Below, in pieces: positions 9,923 to 19,624 of a stretch of DNA of 64,000 nt (positions are counted from its first letter, which is position 1; the number at the start of each line of letters is the position of its first letter). The stretch comes from an uncultured delta proteobacterium. GTDB lineage: Bacteria > Desulfobacterota > Binatia > UBA9968. The translations under genes and the position numbers were made by a program. The notes beneath the pieces are model-generated. The model was not told the origin of the DNA. It worked only from the letters and a program-made list of their open reading frames with translations, and did not search any database. The stretch spans positions 672,001 through 736,000 of the forward strand of contig CAVYTU010000017.1 in assembly GCA_963771465.1 (NCBI GenBank), in the 5' to 3' direction.

Positions 9923-11185
9923 TTAGCGGCCGGCCGCTTGAGCTCGCGTGATCGGAACGAACTGGCTGACGAGCGCATCAAAGCGGTCGAGCGTCGCGTC
10001 GATGGTAAACGGTTTTTCAACGCTTGGCGCCACGGCGTCCAAGGCTTTGTAGCCATTGCCGGTAATGCTGATGACGATCGACTCGCCCCGTGGAATGCGG
10101 CCTTGCTCAATCAGTTTCTTGGTCACGGCGACTTCGGTGCCGCCGGCGGGTTCGGTGAATATGCCCTCGGTGCGCGCCAGCAACTTGATCGCGTCGAGAA
10201 TTTCCGCGTCGCTGACGCTCTCGCCCCAGCCGCCGGATTGGCGCAGCACCTGGAGAACGTAATAATCTTCCGCCGGGTCGCCGATGGCGATGGAGCTGGC
10301 GATGGTGTTCGGTTTCACCGGTTTCACCACGTCGGCGCCTCGGTGCAGCGCTTCGATGATCGGCGCGCAGCCGGCCGCCTGCGCCGCGTAAATCTTGCAT
10401 TCCGTGTTTTCAACCAGACCGAGATCGATCAACTCGTGAAAACTTTTCGCCAGCTTCGGCAAGATCGTGCCGCCGGCGCAGGCGACGACGATATGTTGGG
10501 GCAGCTTCCAGCCGAGCTGTTCGGCGATTTCGTAGCCGTGGGTCTTGGCGCCTTCGACATAGTAAGGGCGTAAGTTGACGTTGACGAAGGCCCAGCCGTA
10601 TTTGTCGCCGATCTCGCTGCACAGCCGGTTGACATCATCGTAGTTGCCTTTGATCGCCACAGTCTTGGGCCCGTAGATCGCCGAACCGATGATTTTTGCC
10701 GGTTCCAGATCGTCCGGAATGAAGACAAAGCAATCCAACCCCGCGATCGCCGCATGGGCGGCCACCGAATTGGCCAAGTTGCCAGTCGACGCGCAGGCGA
10801 CTGTGTCGAAGCCAAACTCCAGCGCTTTAGAAATGGCCACGGAGATGACACGGTCCTTGTAGGAAAAGGTCGGATGATTCACCGAGTCGTCTTTTAGATA
10901 AAGTTCCTTGACGCCAAGTGCGGAGCCGAGACGGTGCGCGCGCACCAGCGGCGTGAAGCCTGAATACAGACCGACACGCGGCTCGCCGCCGATCGGTAAA
11001 AGCTCGCGATAGCGCCAAAGGTTGCGCTCGCGGCTGGCGATCTTGTCCCGGCTAAGGACTTTCTTAATCGCGGCAAAGTCGTACTGGACTTCTAACGGGC
11101 CGAAGCATGCCTCGCATACGTGCTGCGGCGACTCAGGATATTTCTCGCCGCACTCACGGCATTCCAGTCCGGTGACAAAGCTCAT
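9923..11185 (-). CDS. Threonine synthase-like PLP enzyme
   Basis: N-terminal CREC..CEAC, LWRYRELLP, HPTFSYKDR, ASTGN; ATG 11185 overlaps the MoeB stop. Confidence 0.9.
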   Translation of the reverse strand: MSFVTGLECRECGEKYPESPQHVCEACFGPLEVQYDFAAIKKVLSRDKIASRERNLWRYRELLPIGGEPRVGLYSGFTPLVRAHRLGSALGVKELYLKDDSVNHPTFSYKDRVISVAISKALEFGFDTVACASTGNLANSVAAHAAIAGLDCFVFIPDDLEPAKIIGSAIYGPKTVAIKGNYDDVNRLCSEIGDKYGWAFVNVNLRPYYVEGAKTHGYEIAEQLGWKLPQHIVVACAGGTILPKLAKSFHELIDLGLVENTECKIYAAQAAGCAPIIEALHRGADVVKPVKPNTIASSIAIGDPAEDYYVLQVLRQSGGWGESVSDAEILDAIKLLARTEGIFTEPAGGTEVAVTKKLIEQGRIPRGESIVISITGNGYKALDAVAPSVEKPFTIDATLDRFDALVSQFVPITRAQAAGR

Positions 11186-11955
11186 GACCGATTTGCTCCG
11201 TCGCCGCAGCTCGCGCAGTCGGGATCGCGCTTCACTTCGATGTCGCGAAATTTCATGCTCTTGGCGTCGTAAACTAACAAGCGATCGGTGAGCAGACCGT
11301 CTTCGAATCCGGCGAGATATTTTATTGCTTCTGTCGCTTGGATCGTGCCGAGGGTTCCGGCGACGGCGCCGAGTATGCCGGAAGCCTGACAATTGAGGAT
11401 TTCTTCCGGCGGTGGCGGCGCTTTGAACAGACAACGATAGCAAGCCGTCTTTCCAGGGACAACGGTCATCGTTTGGCCTTGCAGCCGAACGATGCCCGCG
11501 TGGGAAAATGCTATGCCTAATTTGATCGCGGTATCGTTGACGAGAAACTTGGTGTCGAAATTATCGCTGCCGTCTATGATGAAATGATACTCGGCGGCAA
11601 TTTGAGCGGCATTCGTTTCGTCGAAGCGAAAGGAATAGGTTTTAACGTCGACATCGGGATTGAGTTCAGTGAGCGTCGCTTTGGCCGATTCGACTTTTCG
11701 CTGGCCGATATTTTTTGTCGCGTGGAGAATCTGGCGCTGCAAATTGGACAACTCGACATTGTCCGGATCGATAATTCCCAAGGTGCCGATGCCGGCCGCC
11801 GCCAGATAAAACGCTGCCGGCGATCCCAACCCACCCGCGCCGATAACCAGCACCCGCGCATCACGCAGACGCATCTGCGCCTTGCCGCCTAAATCCGGCA
11901 CCATGATTTGGCGGCTGTAACGCTCGATCTGTTCGGTAGTTAATCGTGCAGCCAT
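11182..11955 (-). CDS. HesA/MoeB/ThiF-family adenylyltransferase
   Basis: RYSRQ, GAGGLG, SNLQRQ, CYRC, active-site NCQASG, C-terminal CASC. Confidence 0.93.
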   Translation of the reverse strand: MAARLTTEQIERYSRQIMVPDLGGKAQMRLRDARVLVIGAGGLGSPAAFYLAAAGIGTLGIIDPDNVELSNLQRQILHATKNIGQRKVESAKATLTELNPDVDVKTYSFRFDETNAAQIAAEYHFIIDGSDNFDTKFLVNDTAIKLGIAFSHAGIVRLQGQTMTVVPGKTACYRCLFKAPPPPEEILNCQASGILGAVAGTLGTIQATEAIKYLAGFEDGLLTDRLLVYDAKSMKFRDIEVKRDPDCASCGDGANRS

Positions 11956-12014
11956 TGGGTCTGATGAAAAATACCTCTTATCATTCAAAATAAGAAGAGT
12001 TTGAGATGGCCGTG

Positions 12015-13157
12015 CTACTCGAATAGATGCGGCACAAAGCAGCTCAAGTTGTTTGTCACCGGTGAATCAGATTCTCTAATGCCGATGCCCGCGGCGACGC
12101 CGTCGATGAGCCAACTGCCGATTACCGGATGCGCGCCATCGAAGTTCGGAATACGCGCAACCGCTTGGCAGACAAATCCTTCCTCACCGTAAGGCCCTTC
12201 GGTTTGTTGCACCGAGCCACTGCGTTGAATAGTCAGATTGGCGCCCTCGCGCGAGAGCAACGGTTTTTTCACATAGTCGGTTAATTTTTTCGGCTCATTG
12301 AAATAGCATTCGAGTAAGTTGGGATGGCCGGGGAAGAGTTCCCAAAGAATCGGTAGAATGCCTTTGTTGGAGAGTAACATTTTCCAAATCGGTTCGATCC
12401 ATTGGGTCAGCGTATACGTCGATAACAATTGATCGGCGTTCTGATCGCGCAGCAACCATTCCCAGGGATAGAGTTTGAAGATGCTGCGTATGGGGCGGTC
12501 GTCGAGATCGACAAAGCAGTTTTGCTGCGCGTCCCAGCCAATGTCGTCAATGCGCAGCAAAACCGATTTAATGCCGGCTTGGCCTGCGACATCCATCAGA
12601 TAACTTACGGTCATTAGGTCTTCGCTATTCTCTATGTCCGGCGGTTCGAGATAGGCGAAGTGTAGCGGGTTGGCGACGTAGGGCTTGAGCTCTTGCCACT
12701 TGGCAAGCAGCTTTTCGTGAATCGAGTTGAACTGATCGCGCTGAGGATACAATTCTTGGAGCCAATACCACTGGGTCACGGCGGCTTCGAGTAGTGCCGT
12801 CGGCGTGTCGGCATTGTATTCGAGCAATTTTAATTGCTCGCCGTCATAGGCGAGATCGATGCGGCCATAAAGCGCTGGTGGTTCGTCTTCCCAGGCTTGC
12901 TTGATCACTGGGATGGCTACTTCGGGGATCGCCAGTTCTTTGAATCGGTTATTGTCGATAATATATTGCGCTGCTTGCAAGCACATTTCCTGCAATTCGT
13001 TACTCGCCAACTCGATGCGGTCGATTTCGGTGGCACGAAAAGAATAGTAAGCCGACTCGTTCCAATAGGGACGGCCTTCGGTGTGGTGATAGATGAGGCC
13101 GATTGCTTCGACTTTCTTTTCCCAATCGGCACGAGGTGCGATGGTTACGCGTTTCAT
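12015..13157 (-). CDS. Glutathionylspermidine synthase-like ATP-grasp protein (YgiC/YjfC family)
   Basis: GRIDL, LLEYNADTPTALLE, FKLYPWEW, KPLLSREGAN. Confidence 0.92.
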   Translation of the reverse strand: MKRVTIAPRADWEKKVEAIGLIYHHTEGRPYWNESAYYSFRATEIDRIELASNELQEMCLQAAQYIIDNNRFKELAIPEVAIPVIKQAWEDEPPALYGRIDLAYDGEQLKLLEYNADTPTALLEAAVTQWYWLQELYPQRDQFNSIHEKLLAKWQELKPYVANPLHFAYLEPPDIENSEDLMTVSYLMDVAGQAGIKSVLLRIDDIGWDAQQNCFVDLDDRPIRSIFKLYPWEWLLRDQNADQLLSTYTLTQWIEPIWKMLLSNKGILPILWELFPGHPNLLECYFNEPKKLTDYVKKPLLSREGANLTIQRSGSVQQTEGPYGEEGFVCQAVARIPNFDGAHPVIGSWLIDGVAAGIGIRESDSPVTNNLSCFVPHLFE

Positions 13158-13171
13158 GTGAGTAGGCTGAA

Positions 13172-13519
13172 TTAACTGCCGATGGAACTGCCGCCGTGGC
13201 TGACGAAGGCTCTGCCGGTAGAACCAAAACCACCGCGCGGGACCTGGCTCGGATTGGTATAAGTTACACCGGACTGGGCGACTCGGCCGCCGCCGTAGGC
13301 ACGGTCGCCCCGATAGTAACCGTGGCCGCCGTAGTAATGGGAATAGTAATGTCGATTCGGTCCATCGCCATCGCATAGCCGATCCTCGACGACGACGTTG
13401 TTATTGTCGACGCAGCGCTTGGCTTCGACCCAGTCACCGGCGTCATCACCGCAGCCGTTCATCACCGCGGCGGCGAAGGAGGAGAGAAAAACGAGCGAGA
13501 CTTTGGCCGATTTCTTCAT
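13172..13519 (-). CDS. YgiB-like lipoprotein
   Basis: Lipobox-like MNGC, Gly/Tyr-rich region, C-terminal RGGFGSTG; directly upstream of the YgiC-like gene. Confidence 0.75.
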   Translation of the reverse strand: MKKSAKVSLVFLSSFAAAVMNGCGDDAGDWVEAKRCVDNNNVVVEDRLCDGDGPNRHYYSHYYGGHGYYRGDRAYGGGRVAQSGVTYTNPSQVPRGGFGSTGRAFVSHGGSSIGS

Positions 13520-13525
13520 CGCCGG

Positions 13526-14362
13526 TTATCCGTGGGTGTAACCGAGGGTGACGGCGATAAAGATGACCGCCTTGAACAGCGCGGCGGCGATATTACGCTG
13601 CTCCATTACTTCCTCGCCTAATCGCGACGAGCGAAACGCCAACTTGTCGGATATCAAATGGGCAACGAGCATCAGCAAAACCCATGCGCCGAGATACGCC
13701 GCCACGGTCAAAATGTCGCTACGCCAGCCTTGTGACGGGCCGCTGATGACGGCGCCGCAAACCATGCCGCCGGAGAGCAGAAAACCTGCGAGGGAAATCC
13801 CGACGGCGAGATTCTGGTCGTCCAACGCCGCGTCGACTCCTTTGCCAGCGAGCCGATAAAGAAACGCCAGCAGAATTAGCATGAGCTGGCCGATGAAAAA
13901 CCATACCAGCGCGATCCATGGGCCGTTTTCCCAATCGTAAAATGCGCCGGCGATGACGTAGGCGCTGGCGAGGTATGTGGCACCCTCGACGACCGCGACG
14001 GCGGAGTTTTTTTCTTGCACCACCTCACGGTTGTGGCTGAAGTGGTAGAGAATCAGCCAGTCGTTTAGATAGCGTGAGAGATAGATCAAGATCACGGCCA
14101 GGAGCGCATTTTGGGTGAATAGCCAGGCGCCGGAGTCGCCTTGTACGCGATCGAAGATGCCGAGCACGGCGAAAACCACTGCGATGGCGAACAGAGCGTA
14201 GCGAAGCGCCAGCGCGGGATTATCTCTCAAGAGCATTTCATTGACCGGATCATAGCCTTCGATTTTGCCGCTTACCCAAAGAAATGCCGCCAAGCCGATC
14301 AGTAGCAGCAAAATTCCCGCGGCTAATGAAAGCGGGCCGATGAGCATGCCGAAAGAAATCAT
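13526..14362 (-). CDS. DUF350-family membrane protein
   Basis: Multiple TMs with repeated N.A..l motifs (DNPALA, KNSAVA, QNLAVG, RNIAAA). Confidence 0.8.
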   Translation of the reverse strand: MISFGMLIGPLSLAAGILLLLIGLAAFLWVSGKIEGYDPVNEMLLRDNPALALRYALFAIAVVFAVLGIFDRVQGDSGAWLFTQNALLAVILIYLSRYLNDWLILYHFSHNREVVQEKNSAVAVVEGATYLASAYVIAGAFYDWENGPWIALVWFFIGQLMLILLAFLYRLAGKGVDAALDDQNLAVGISLAGFLLSGGMVCGAVISGPSQGWRSDILTVAAYLGAWVLLMLVAHLISDKLAFRSSRLGEEVMEQRNIAAALFKAVIFIAVTLGYTHG

Positions 14363-14498
14363 TACGTTCTCCCTGGTTGCGCGTGTCAAAAACCCCGTGT
14401 AAGTTCGCGCGAAAGTAATATGTTCTCAAAATCGCTGTCAAGCGAACCGATCTAAAAACGGCGCAGAATCATCAATCTCACTTCTCGACTGGTGAATT

Positions 14499-15890
14499 AT
14501 GGAACGATTAAAAAACTCTGAATCCTATTCCCACGCTGTCGGCGGATTCGCCCGCGGCCTCAAGCTCGCCGACGTGCCGGCAAACGTCATTGCCAAAGCG
14601 AAACTGGTTTGTCTCGATACGCTTGGCGTGGCGTTGGCGTCATCGACCATGGATTTTGGCGCGATGGTTTCCAACGTGGCGCGCCGCCTTGGCGGCGACA
14701 AGCGCAGCGTTGTGATTGGTTCGGCAAACCGAGTCGCAGCGGCCAATGCGGTCATCGCAAACGGTACACTAGCCCACGGATTGGACTACGACGACACTTT
14801 GGAAGAGGCGATCGTTCACACCGGAGCGTGCGCGTGGATGACGGCATTGGCGGTGGGTGAAGAAGTCGGTGCCAGCGGTGCGACGGTTCTTGAAGCAGCG
14901 ATCGTCGGCACCGAAGTCTTGTGCAAAGTCGGTCTGGTGGCGCCGGGAAAGTTTCATGCGCGCGGTTTTCATCCGACGGCGATTTGCTCCACCTTTGGCG
15001 CCGCGGCTGTGGCGGGAAAGCTTTACGGTCTCAACGCCGACCAATGGGTCGATGCTTTCGGACTTTGCGGCAGTCAGAGTTCAGGGATCATCGAATATCT
15101 CGCCGACGGCACTTGGACCAAGCGCATGCATCCGGGCTGGTCAGCCCACGGCGGCATAATCGCTTGTCTATTGGCGCAGGAAGGGTTTCGCGGTCCGGCG
15201 AAAGTGTTTGAAGGCACCCATGGTTTTTTCAATGGCTTCGGCGGCAAGAACGACTACCGTTTCGAAAAGCTTCTAGAGCTCGGCAAAGAGTGGGAAATTC
15301 CTAAGCTCGCGTTTAAGTCTTATCCGTGCGGGTCGATTTCCCATCCGTACATGGATTGCGCGCTCAAGATTAAACAAAAATATTCGCCTGCGCCGGAGCA
15401 GATCGCCGAAGTGGTTTGCCGCACGGCCGAAGGACCGGTGCCTCGATTGTGGGAGCCGCTTGGCGACAAGCAAAAACCGTCAAGCTCCTACGGCGCGAAG
15501 TTTAGCCTGCCCTACAGCTTAGCTGTCATGCTCATTCGTGGCCGGGCCGGGCTCGATGAATTTACCGATGCGGCGATTCTCGATCCAGAAGTGCTTCGGC
15601 TGGCGGCCAAAGTTCGCTACGTGCTCGATCCGACCATCGATTATCCGCGCCATTTCTCAGGTCACGTGAAGGTTGTCCTTGACGACGGATCGATCTTGGA
15701 AGAAAACCAGCCGCACCCGCGCGGCGGTTTGGAAGATCCGCTGGCGCCCGAAGAAGTCAGGGAGAAGTTCCACGCCAACGCGCGGCTCGCGCTGCCGGCC
15801 GATAACAACGAGAAAATTATCGATGCGGTAAATCGTCTGGAGCAGTTGCCGTCGATCGGTTCGCTCAGCGAGTTATTAGCGCGCCGCTGA
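14499..15890 (+). CDS. MmgE/PrpD-family protein
   Basis: NGTLAHGLDYDD, GFHPT, KSYPCG, AKFSLPY. Confidence 0.92.
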   Translation: MERLKNSESYSHAVGGFARGLKLADVPANVIAKAKLVCLDTLGVALASSTMDFGAMVSNVARRLGGDKRSVVIGSANRVAAANAVIANGTLAHGLDYDDTLEEAIVHTGACAWMTALAVGEEVGASGATVLEAAIVGTEVLCKVGLVAPGKFHARGFHPTAICSTFGAAAVAGKLYGLNADQWVDAFGLCGSQSSGIIEYLADGTWTKRMHPGWSAHGGIIACLLAQEGFRGPAKVFEGTHGFFNGFGGKNDYRFEKLLELGKEWEIPKLAFKSYPCGSISHPYMDCALKIKQKYSPAPEQIAEVVCRTAEGPVPRLWEPLGDKQKPSSSYGAKFSLPYSLAVMLIRGRAGLDEFTDAAILDPEVLRLAAKVRYVLDPTIDYPRHFSGHVKVVLDDGSILEENQPHPRGGLEDPLAPEEVREKFHANARLALPADNNEKIIDAVNRLEQLPSIGSLSELLARR

Positions 15891-15912
15891 ACAGCGCTGG
15901 CTGGACTGTCCG

Positions 15913-16575
15913 ATGTACTGGATGGCTGTTCGTTGGCTCCTACATGGGGAATTGTTTCTCGTCATCGTCGCGCTCGGCGCTTGCGGCGGCGAGAACTTTG
16001 ACGCGATTCGAAACCTTCGCTCTAGCGGCGAAACGATTGTCTGCTTCGGCGACAGTTTGACCGAAGGCGTCGGCGCCGGCACGGGCGAAGATTACCCGTC
16101 CGTACTTTCTAAGGAGATCGGCATTCCTGTGGTCAACGCCGGCCAGCGCGGCGACACCACCGATCAGGCGCTGGCGCGGCTTTCGGACGCCGTCTTGAGC
16201 AAGAATCCGCGGCTGGTGATCGTATTTTTAGGCGGTAACGATTTCCTGCGCCAACGACCGCGTGCCGAGAGTAGGAAAAACTTGGCCGAGATTGTTCGGC
16301 GGGTACAAGCGCAAGGCGCGATGGTCGCCATTGCCGGCATGAAACTTGGACTCTTCACAGACGATTTCGCCGCCATTTACGAGGACACGGCCAAAGAACT
16401 CGGCGCGCTTTACATACCGCAGGTGATGAAGGGCATACTGAGCGACTCGAAGCTCAAGAGCGATCCGATTCACCCCAACGGCGCGGGTTACCGATTGATC
16501 GCGGAACGGATCGCGGTGAAAATTATACCGCTGTTGCGTGACGCGGATCGCCTGACCGGGCGGCGCGGCTCCTAG
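15913..16575 (+). CDS. GDSL/SGNH arylesterase-like lipoprotein
   Basis: FGDSLT, GGND, DPIHPN; LGAC lipobox. Confidence 0.9.
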   Translation: MYWMAVRWLLHGELFLVIVALGACGGENFDAIRNLRSSGETIVCFGDSLTEGVGAGTGEDYPSVLSKEIGIPVVNAGQRGDTTDQALARLSDAVLSKNPRLVIVFLGGNDFLRQRPRAESRKNLAEIVRRVQAQGAMVAIAGMKLGLFTDDFAAIYEDTAKELGALYIPQVMKGILSDSKLKSDPIHPNGAGYRLIAERIAVKIIPLLRDADRLTGRRGS

Positions 16576-17473
16576 TCAGAAAGTGAACCGCAACACCGAC
16601 TAATAGAATGCCAACCCAGGTGCCCACGCCGCTGACGATCTTCGGATCGGTTTCACCGAAGACCCAGCCTAAATCGTCACGGGTAAAATCGCCGAACACG
16701 CGCATGGTTTTCAAACTGAAGACCCAGCCAGCGTGTAAGCCAATGCCGAGATATAACTTTCCAGTTCTGATCAATGCGTAACTGAGGACAAGGCCAATGA
16801 TAAATAATCCAAAGATTCCGGGTAAAAGAACTACCGGGTCGAGGAATGGGCGAAACGACGCTAATAAGTGAGAAAAGCCCGCTAACGGTTCGATGCCGTC
16901 GAGAAAATAGGCCTTTCCCGGTTTGACGAAATGCAGCACGGAATAGAAAAGATTGGCGGCAAGGTACGCTCGCACCAGGTTGCCCTGGCGGTAGAGGCCC
17001 ATGAATAGGATGCCGCGAAAGAATAGTTCCTCGATGACGCCCACCGATAATCCCGCCATCGCCGCACTGGTGATTCGCGAGAGCGCGCGACTCAATGATA
17101 GGCGAAAGTACGGCGTGAAGATGTCGCTAGCGGTCATTGCGACGGTCAGCAGTATCATTGACCCAATCGCCAAGCTCCATCCGGTAACTAGATCCCGTCT
17201 CGCTAGCGCAAACCGCGCCGCGAACAGCTGTTTAATCTGTCCGTCGACGAAGTAGCCTCGGAATAGAATAAACAGAGCAACGCCCGAAATCATGAATGCG
17301 CGATTAAAAATACGTGAAAAAGGTATACGTTCGGAGAACAAGCCGAGCCCATCGGGGGCGAACCAATCGGCGGCTAGTGCGAACCACGGACTGATGATGC
17401 AGGTCAGTGCCAAGGCAGCGATTACGAAGAATAGGAGCCGGCCGTGAAGCGGCATCGCATGCAAGAATTTCAT
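16523..17473 (-). CDS. CPBP (Abi/CAAX) intramembrane glutamic protease (start uncertain)
   Basis: EELFFRG, FYSVLH, GIGLHAGW. Confidence 0.88.
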   Translation of the reverse strand: MKFLHAMPLHGRLLFFVIAALALTCIISPWFALAADWFAPDGLGLFSERIPFSRIFNRAFMISGVALFILFRGYFVDGQIKQLFAARFALARRDLVTGWSLAIGSMILLTVAMTASDIFTPYFRLSLSRALSRITSAAMAGLSVGVIEELFFRGILFMGLYRQGNLVRAYLAANLFYSVLHFVKPGKAYFLDGIEPLAGFSHLLASFRPFLDPVVLLPGIFGLFIIGLVLSYALIRTGKLYLGIGLHAGWVFSLKTMRVFGDFTRDDLGWVFGETDPKIVSGVGTWVGILLVGVAVHFLTRSRAARSGDPRHATAV

Positions 17474-17505
17474 GAATTTTACAAATATGTTATAGCAATC
17501 GCGCA

Positions 17506-18249
17506 ATGGCAAGCAGCTCGATAAAAAAACTGCAGGGAAAAGTCGCGTTAGTTACCGGCGGCAGCCGGGGCATCGGGCGCGAGATCGCTGCGGCCTACAC
17601 GAATGCCGGCGCTAGCGTCTTTATTTGTGGCCGCGATCAAGCCGCCGTCGATGCCGCGATTAACGAACTACGTGGCGACGGAGGCGACATCGACGGCGCC
17701 GCCGGTGACATTGGCTCGTCTGACGATGCCAAACGCCTTGTGCAGAGCGCACTCAGCCGTTTTGCTACAATCGACGTGTTGGTCAACAACGCCGGTATCC
17801 TGGGCCCACGCGAGACGATCGCCGATTATCCGATCAGCGTATGGAATGAAGTGATTCGAATCAATCTAACGGGTCTTTTTTTGATCACTCGCGAGGTATT
17901 GCCGATCATGCTGGCGCGGCGCTCGGGCTCGATCATCAACGTTACATCCGGCGTCGGCCGTATGGGTAAAGCCAAGTGGGGCGCCTACGCGGTTGCCAAA
18001 GCCGGCCTAGAGGGATTCACGCAGGTCCTCGCCGACGAAGTTAAATCATTGGGCATACGGGTGAATTCCGTCAACCCCGCGGCAACTCGAACTCGGATGC
18101 GAGCCGCCGCTTATCCAGCCGAAGACCCGCTGACCTTGCCTACCGCCGAATCGATTACCCCTATCTTCGTTCATTTGGCTTCGGCGGATTCGTCGGGCGT
18201 TACCGGGCAGTCGCTTAGCGCGCGGGATTGGCTGGCCAAGAGCGATTGA
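17506..18249 (+). CDS. SDR oxidoreductase (YciK-like)
   Basis: TGGSRGIG, NNAG, YAVAK, NPAATRTRMRAAAYP. Confidence 0.92.
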   Translation: MASSSIKKLQGKVALVTGGSRGIGREIAAAYTNAGASVFICGRDQAAVDAAINELRGDGGDIDGAAGDIGSSDDAKRLVQSALSRFATIDVLVNNAGILGPRETIADYPISVWNEVIRINLTGLFLITREVLPIMLARRSGSIINVTSGVGRMGKAKWGAYAVAKAGLEGFTQVLADEVKSLGIRVNSVNPAATRTRMRAAAYPAEDPLTLPTAESITPIFVHLASADSSGVTGQSLSARDWLAKSD

Positions 18250-18273
18250 CGCGCGGGGGTATTTTAATATAGT
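18246..18273 (+). promoter_or_regulatory. Sigma70-like promoter TTGACG-N16-TATAGT
   Basis: Near-consensus hexamers ending 10 nt before ATG 18284. Confidence 0.45.
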
Positions 18274-18283
18274 AGTGTATGTC

Positions 18284-18541
18284 ATGCCTTGGGTAAAACA
18301 CAGTTCACAGTCAAATCGTTTCTACTGGATTCTTGCCGGTATCAGCTCGGTGCTAATCGGCATTCTCTCCGGATATTCTTGGTGGGGCGATACCGCTTCA
18401 GTTGTTACCGTCGTCGAGCAGCAGCTCAGTCAATCTCAAGCGCAGGTGCGGACGCTGGAAAAACGGGTTAAAGCGCTGGAGACCAAGCTTGGCATGGATA
18501 GCGATAGCGCGGCTTCGGACCCCGACACCAAATCCTATTGA
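18284..18541 (+). CDS. Small membrane-anchored coiled-coil protein
   Basis: One TM followed by heptad pattern (QQLSQSQAQVRTLEKRVKALETKL). Confidence 0.65.
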   Translation: MPWVKHSSQSNRFYWILAGISSVLIGILSGYSWWGDTASVVTVVEQQLSQSQAQVRTLEKRVKALETKLGMDSDSAASDPDTKSY

Positions 18542-18602
18542 TCGATCATCGTTTACCAATCTAATTCGCGACGAAATCTTCTCAGCGCGGCGGCTGTCCC
18601 TT

Positions 18603-19580
18603 ATGTTGAAGACTCTAGCTTTCGTCCTTCTCGCCTTTATCGCGGGTGATGCAGAATGCCAGGAACTCAAAAAAATAAAAATTGGCTATCCGGCGATCTC
18701 CTATAACCAGATTCACATTTGGATCGCCAAAGACGCTGGCATCTACCGCAAACACGGCTTAGACGCTGAGGTAATATTTTTCCGCGGCGGCCAAATGGCG
18801 ACCCAGGCACTGGTCGCCGGCGATCCGCCGATCGTCAATATCGGCACCGTAGTTCAAGCCGGCCTGCAAGGACATGATGTCGTACTGATCGCTTCATCCG
18901 AATCGTCGTACAATTATTCGGTGGTGGCACGACCCGGTATCTCCCGAGTCGAACAGCTCAAAGGCAAACGGCTCGGTGTCAGCGGTTTCGGCTCGGCGTC
19001 GCACAACGCATCGCTGATTCTGCTTAAAAAATTCAATCTTGAAGCGAACAAGGACGTGACGCTGGTCGTTGCCGGCCCGACCATGGAAAGACTGAGCGCG
19101 GTGGATTCGGGCCGGATCGAAGCGACGATTCTTACGCCTTCCGAGCTGCCGCGGGCGCGCCGTCAGGGATTGGTCGAAGTTTATGACATGCTCGAACTTG
19201 GCATCGAAGTGCAGGGCAACGGCTTTGCTACTTCGCGCGGATTTATTAAAAGCCAACGCGACACGGTATTGAGCGCGCTAAAATCTTACGTCGAAGCGAT
19301 TTATTTCATCGGTAAAAACCGCGATGAGGCGAAACGGATCGCGGGCAGATATATGCGCACCAATGAGCAGGAGGTGTTGGACGCGACCGTTGACTGGTTT
19401 ATCAAGCGGGTTTCCAAACGGCCCTATCCGACGTTGAAAGGTATCCAATATCTGCTCGATGAGGTGGCGTCAAAAATTCCACAGGCGAAAAGTGCCAAGC
19501 CCGAGCAATTCACTGACTTGTCACTGTTACAGCAGTTGGAAAAAGAAGGCTTCTTCGCTGAGATGGCGAAACGTTATTAG
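18603..19580 (+). CDS. ABC substrate-binding protein (NMT1/SsuA/TauA-like)
   Basis: Signal peptide; GIYRKHGLD, LKGKRLGVSGFGS. Confidence 0.88.
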   Translation: MLKTLAFVLLAFIAGDAECQELKKIKIGYPAISYNQIHIWIAKDAGIYRKHGLDAEVIFFRGGQMATQALVAGDPPIVNIGTVVQAGLQGHDVVLIASSESSYNYSVVARPGISRVEQLKGKRLGVSGFGSASHNASLILLKKFNLEANKDVTLVVAGPTMERLSAVDSGRIEATILTPSELPRARRQGLVEVYDMLELGIEVQGNGFATSRGFIKSQRDTVLSALKSYVEAIYFIGKNRDEAKRIAGRYMRTNEQEVLDATVDWFIKRVSKRPYPTLKGIQYLLDEVASKIPQAKSAKPEQFTDLSLLQQLEKEGFFAEMAKRY

Positions 19581-19624
19581 CGGTACCGACGCAGACGACC
19601 TCAAACCAAGACGGAGGTGGGGTA

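Noticed and set aside
11186-11443. N-terminal extension of the ThrC-like ORF
   Set aside because: Overlaps the MoeB-like gene; ATG 11185 gives a standard ATGA coupling
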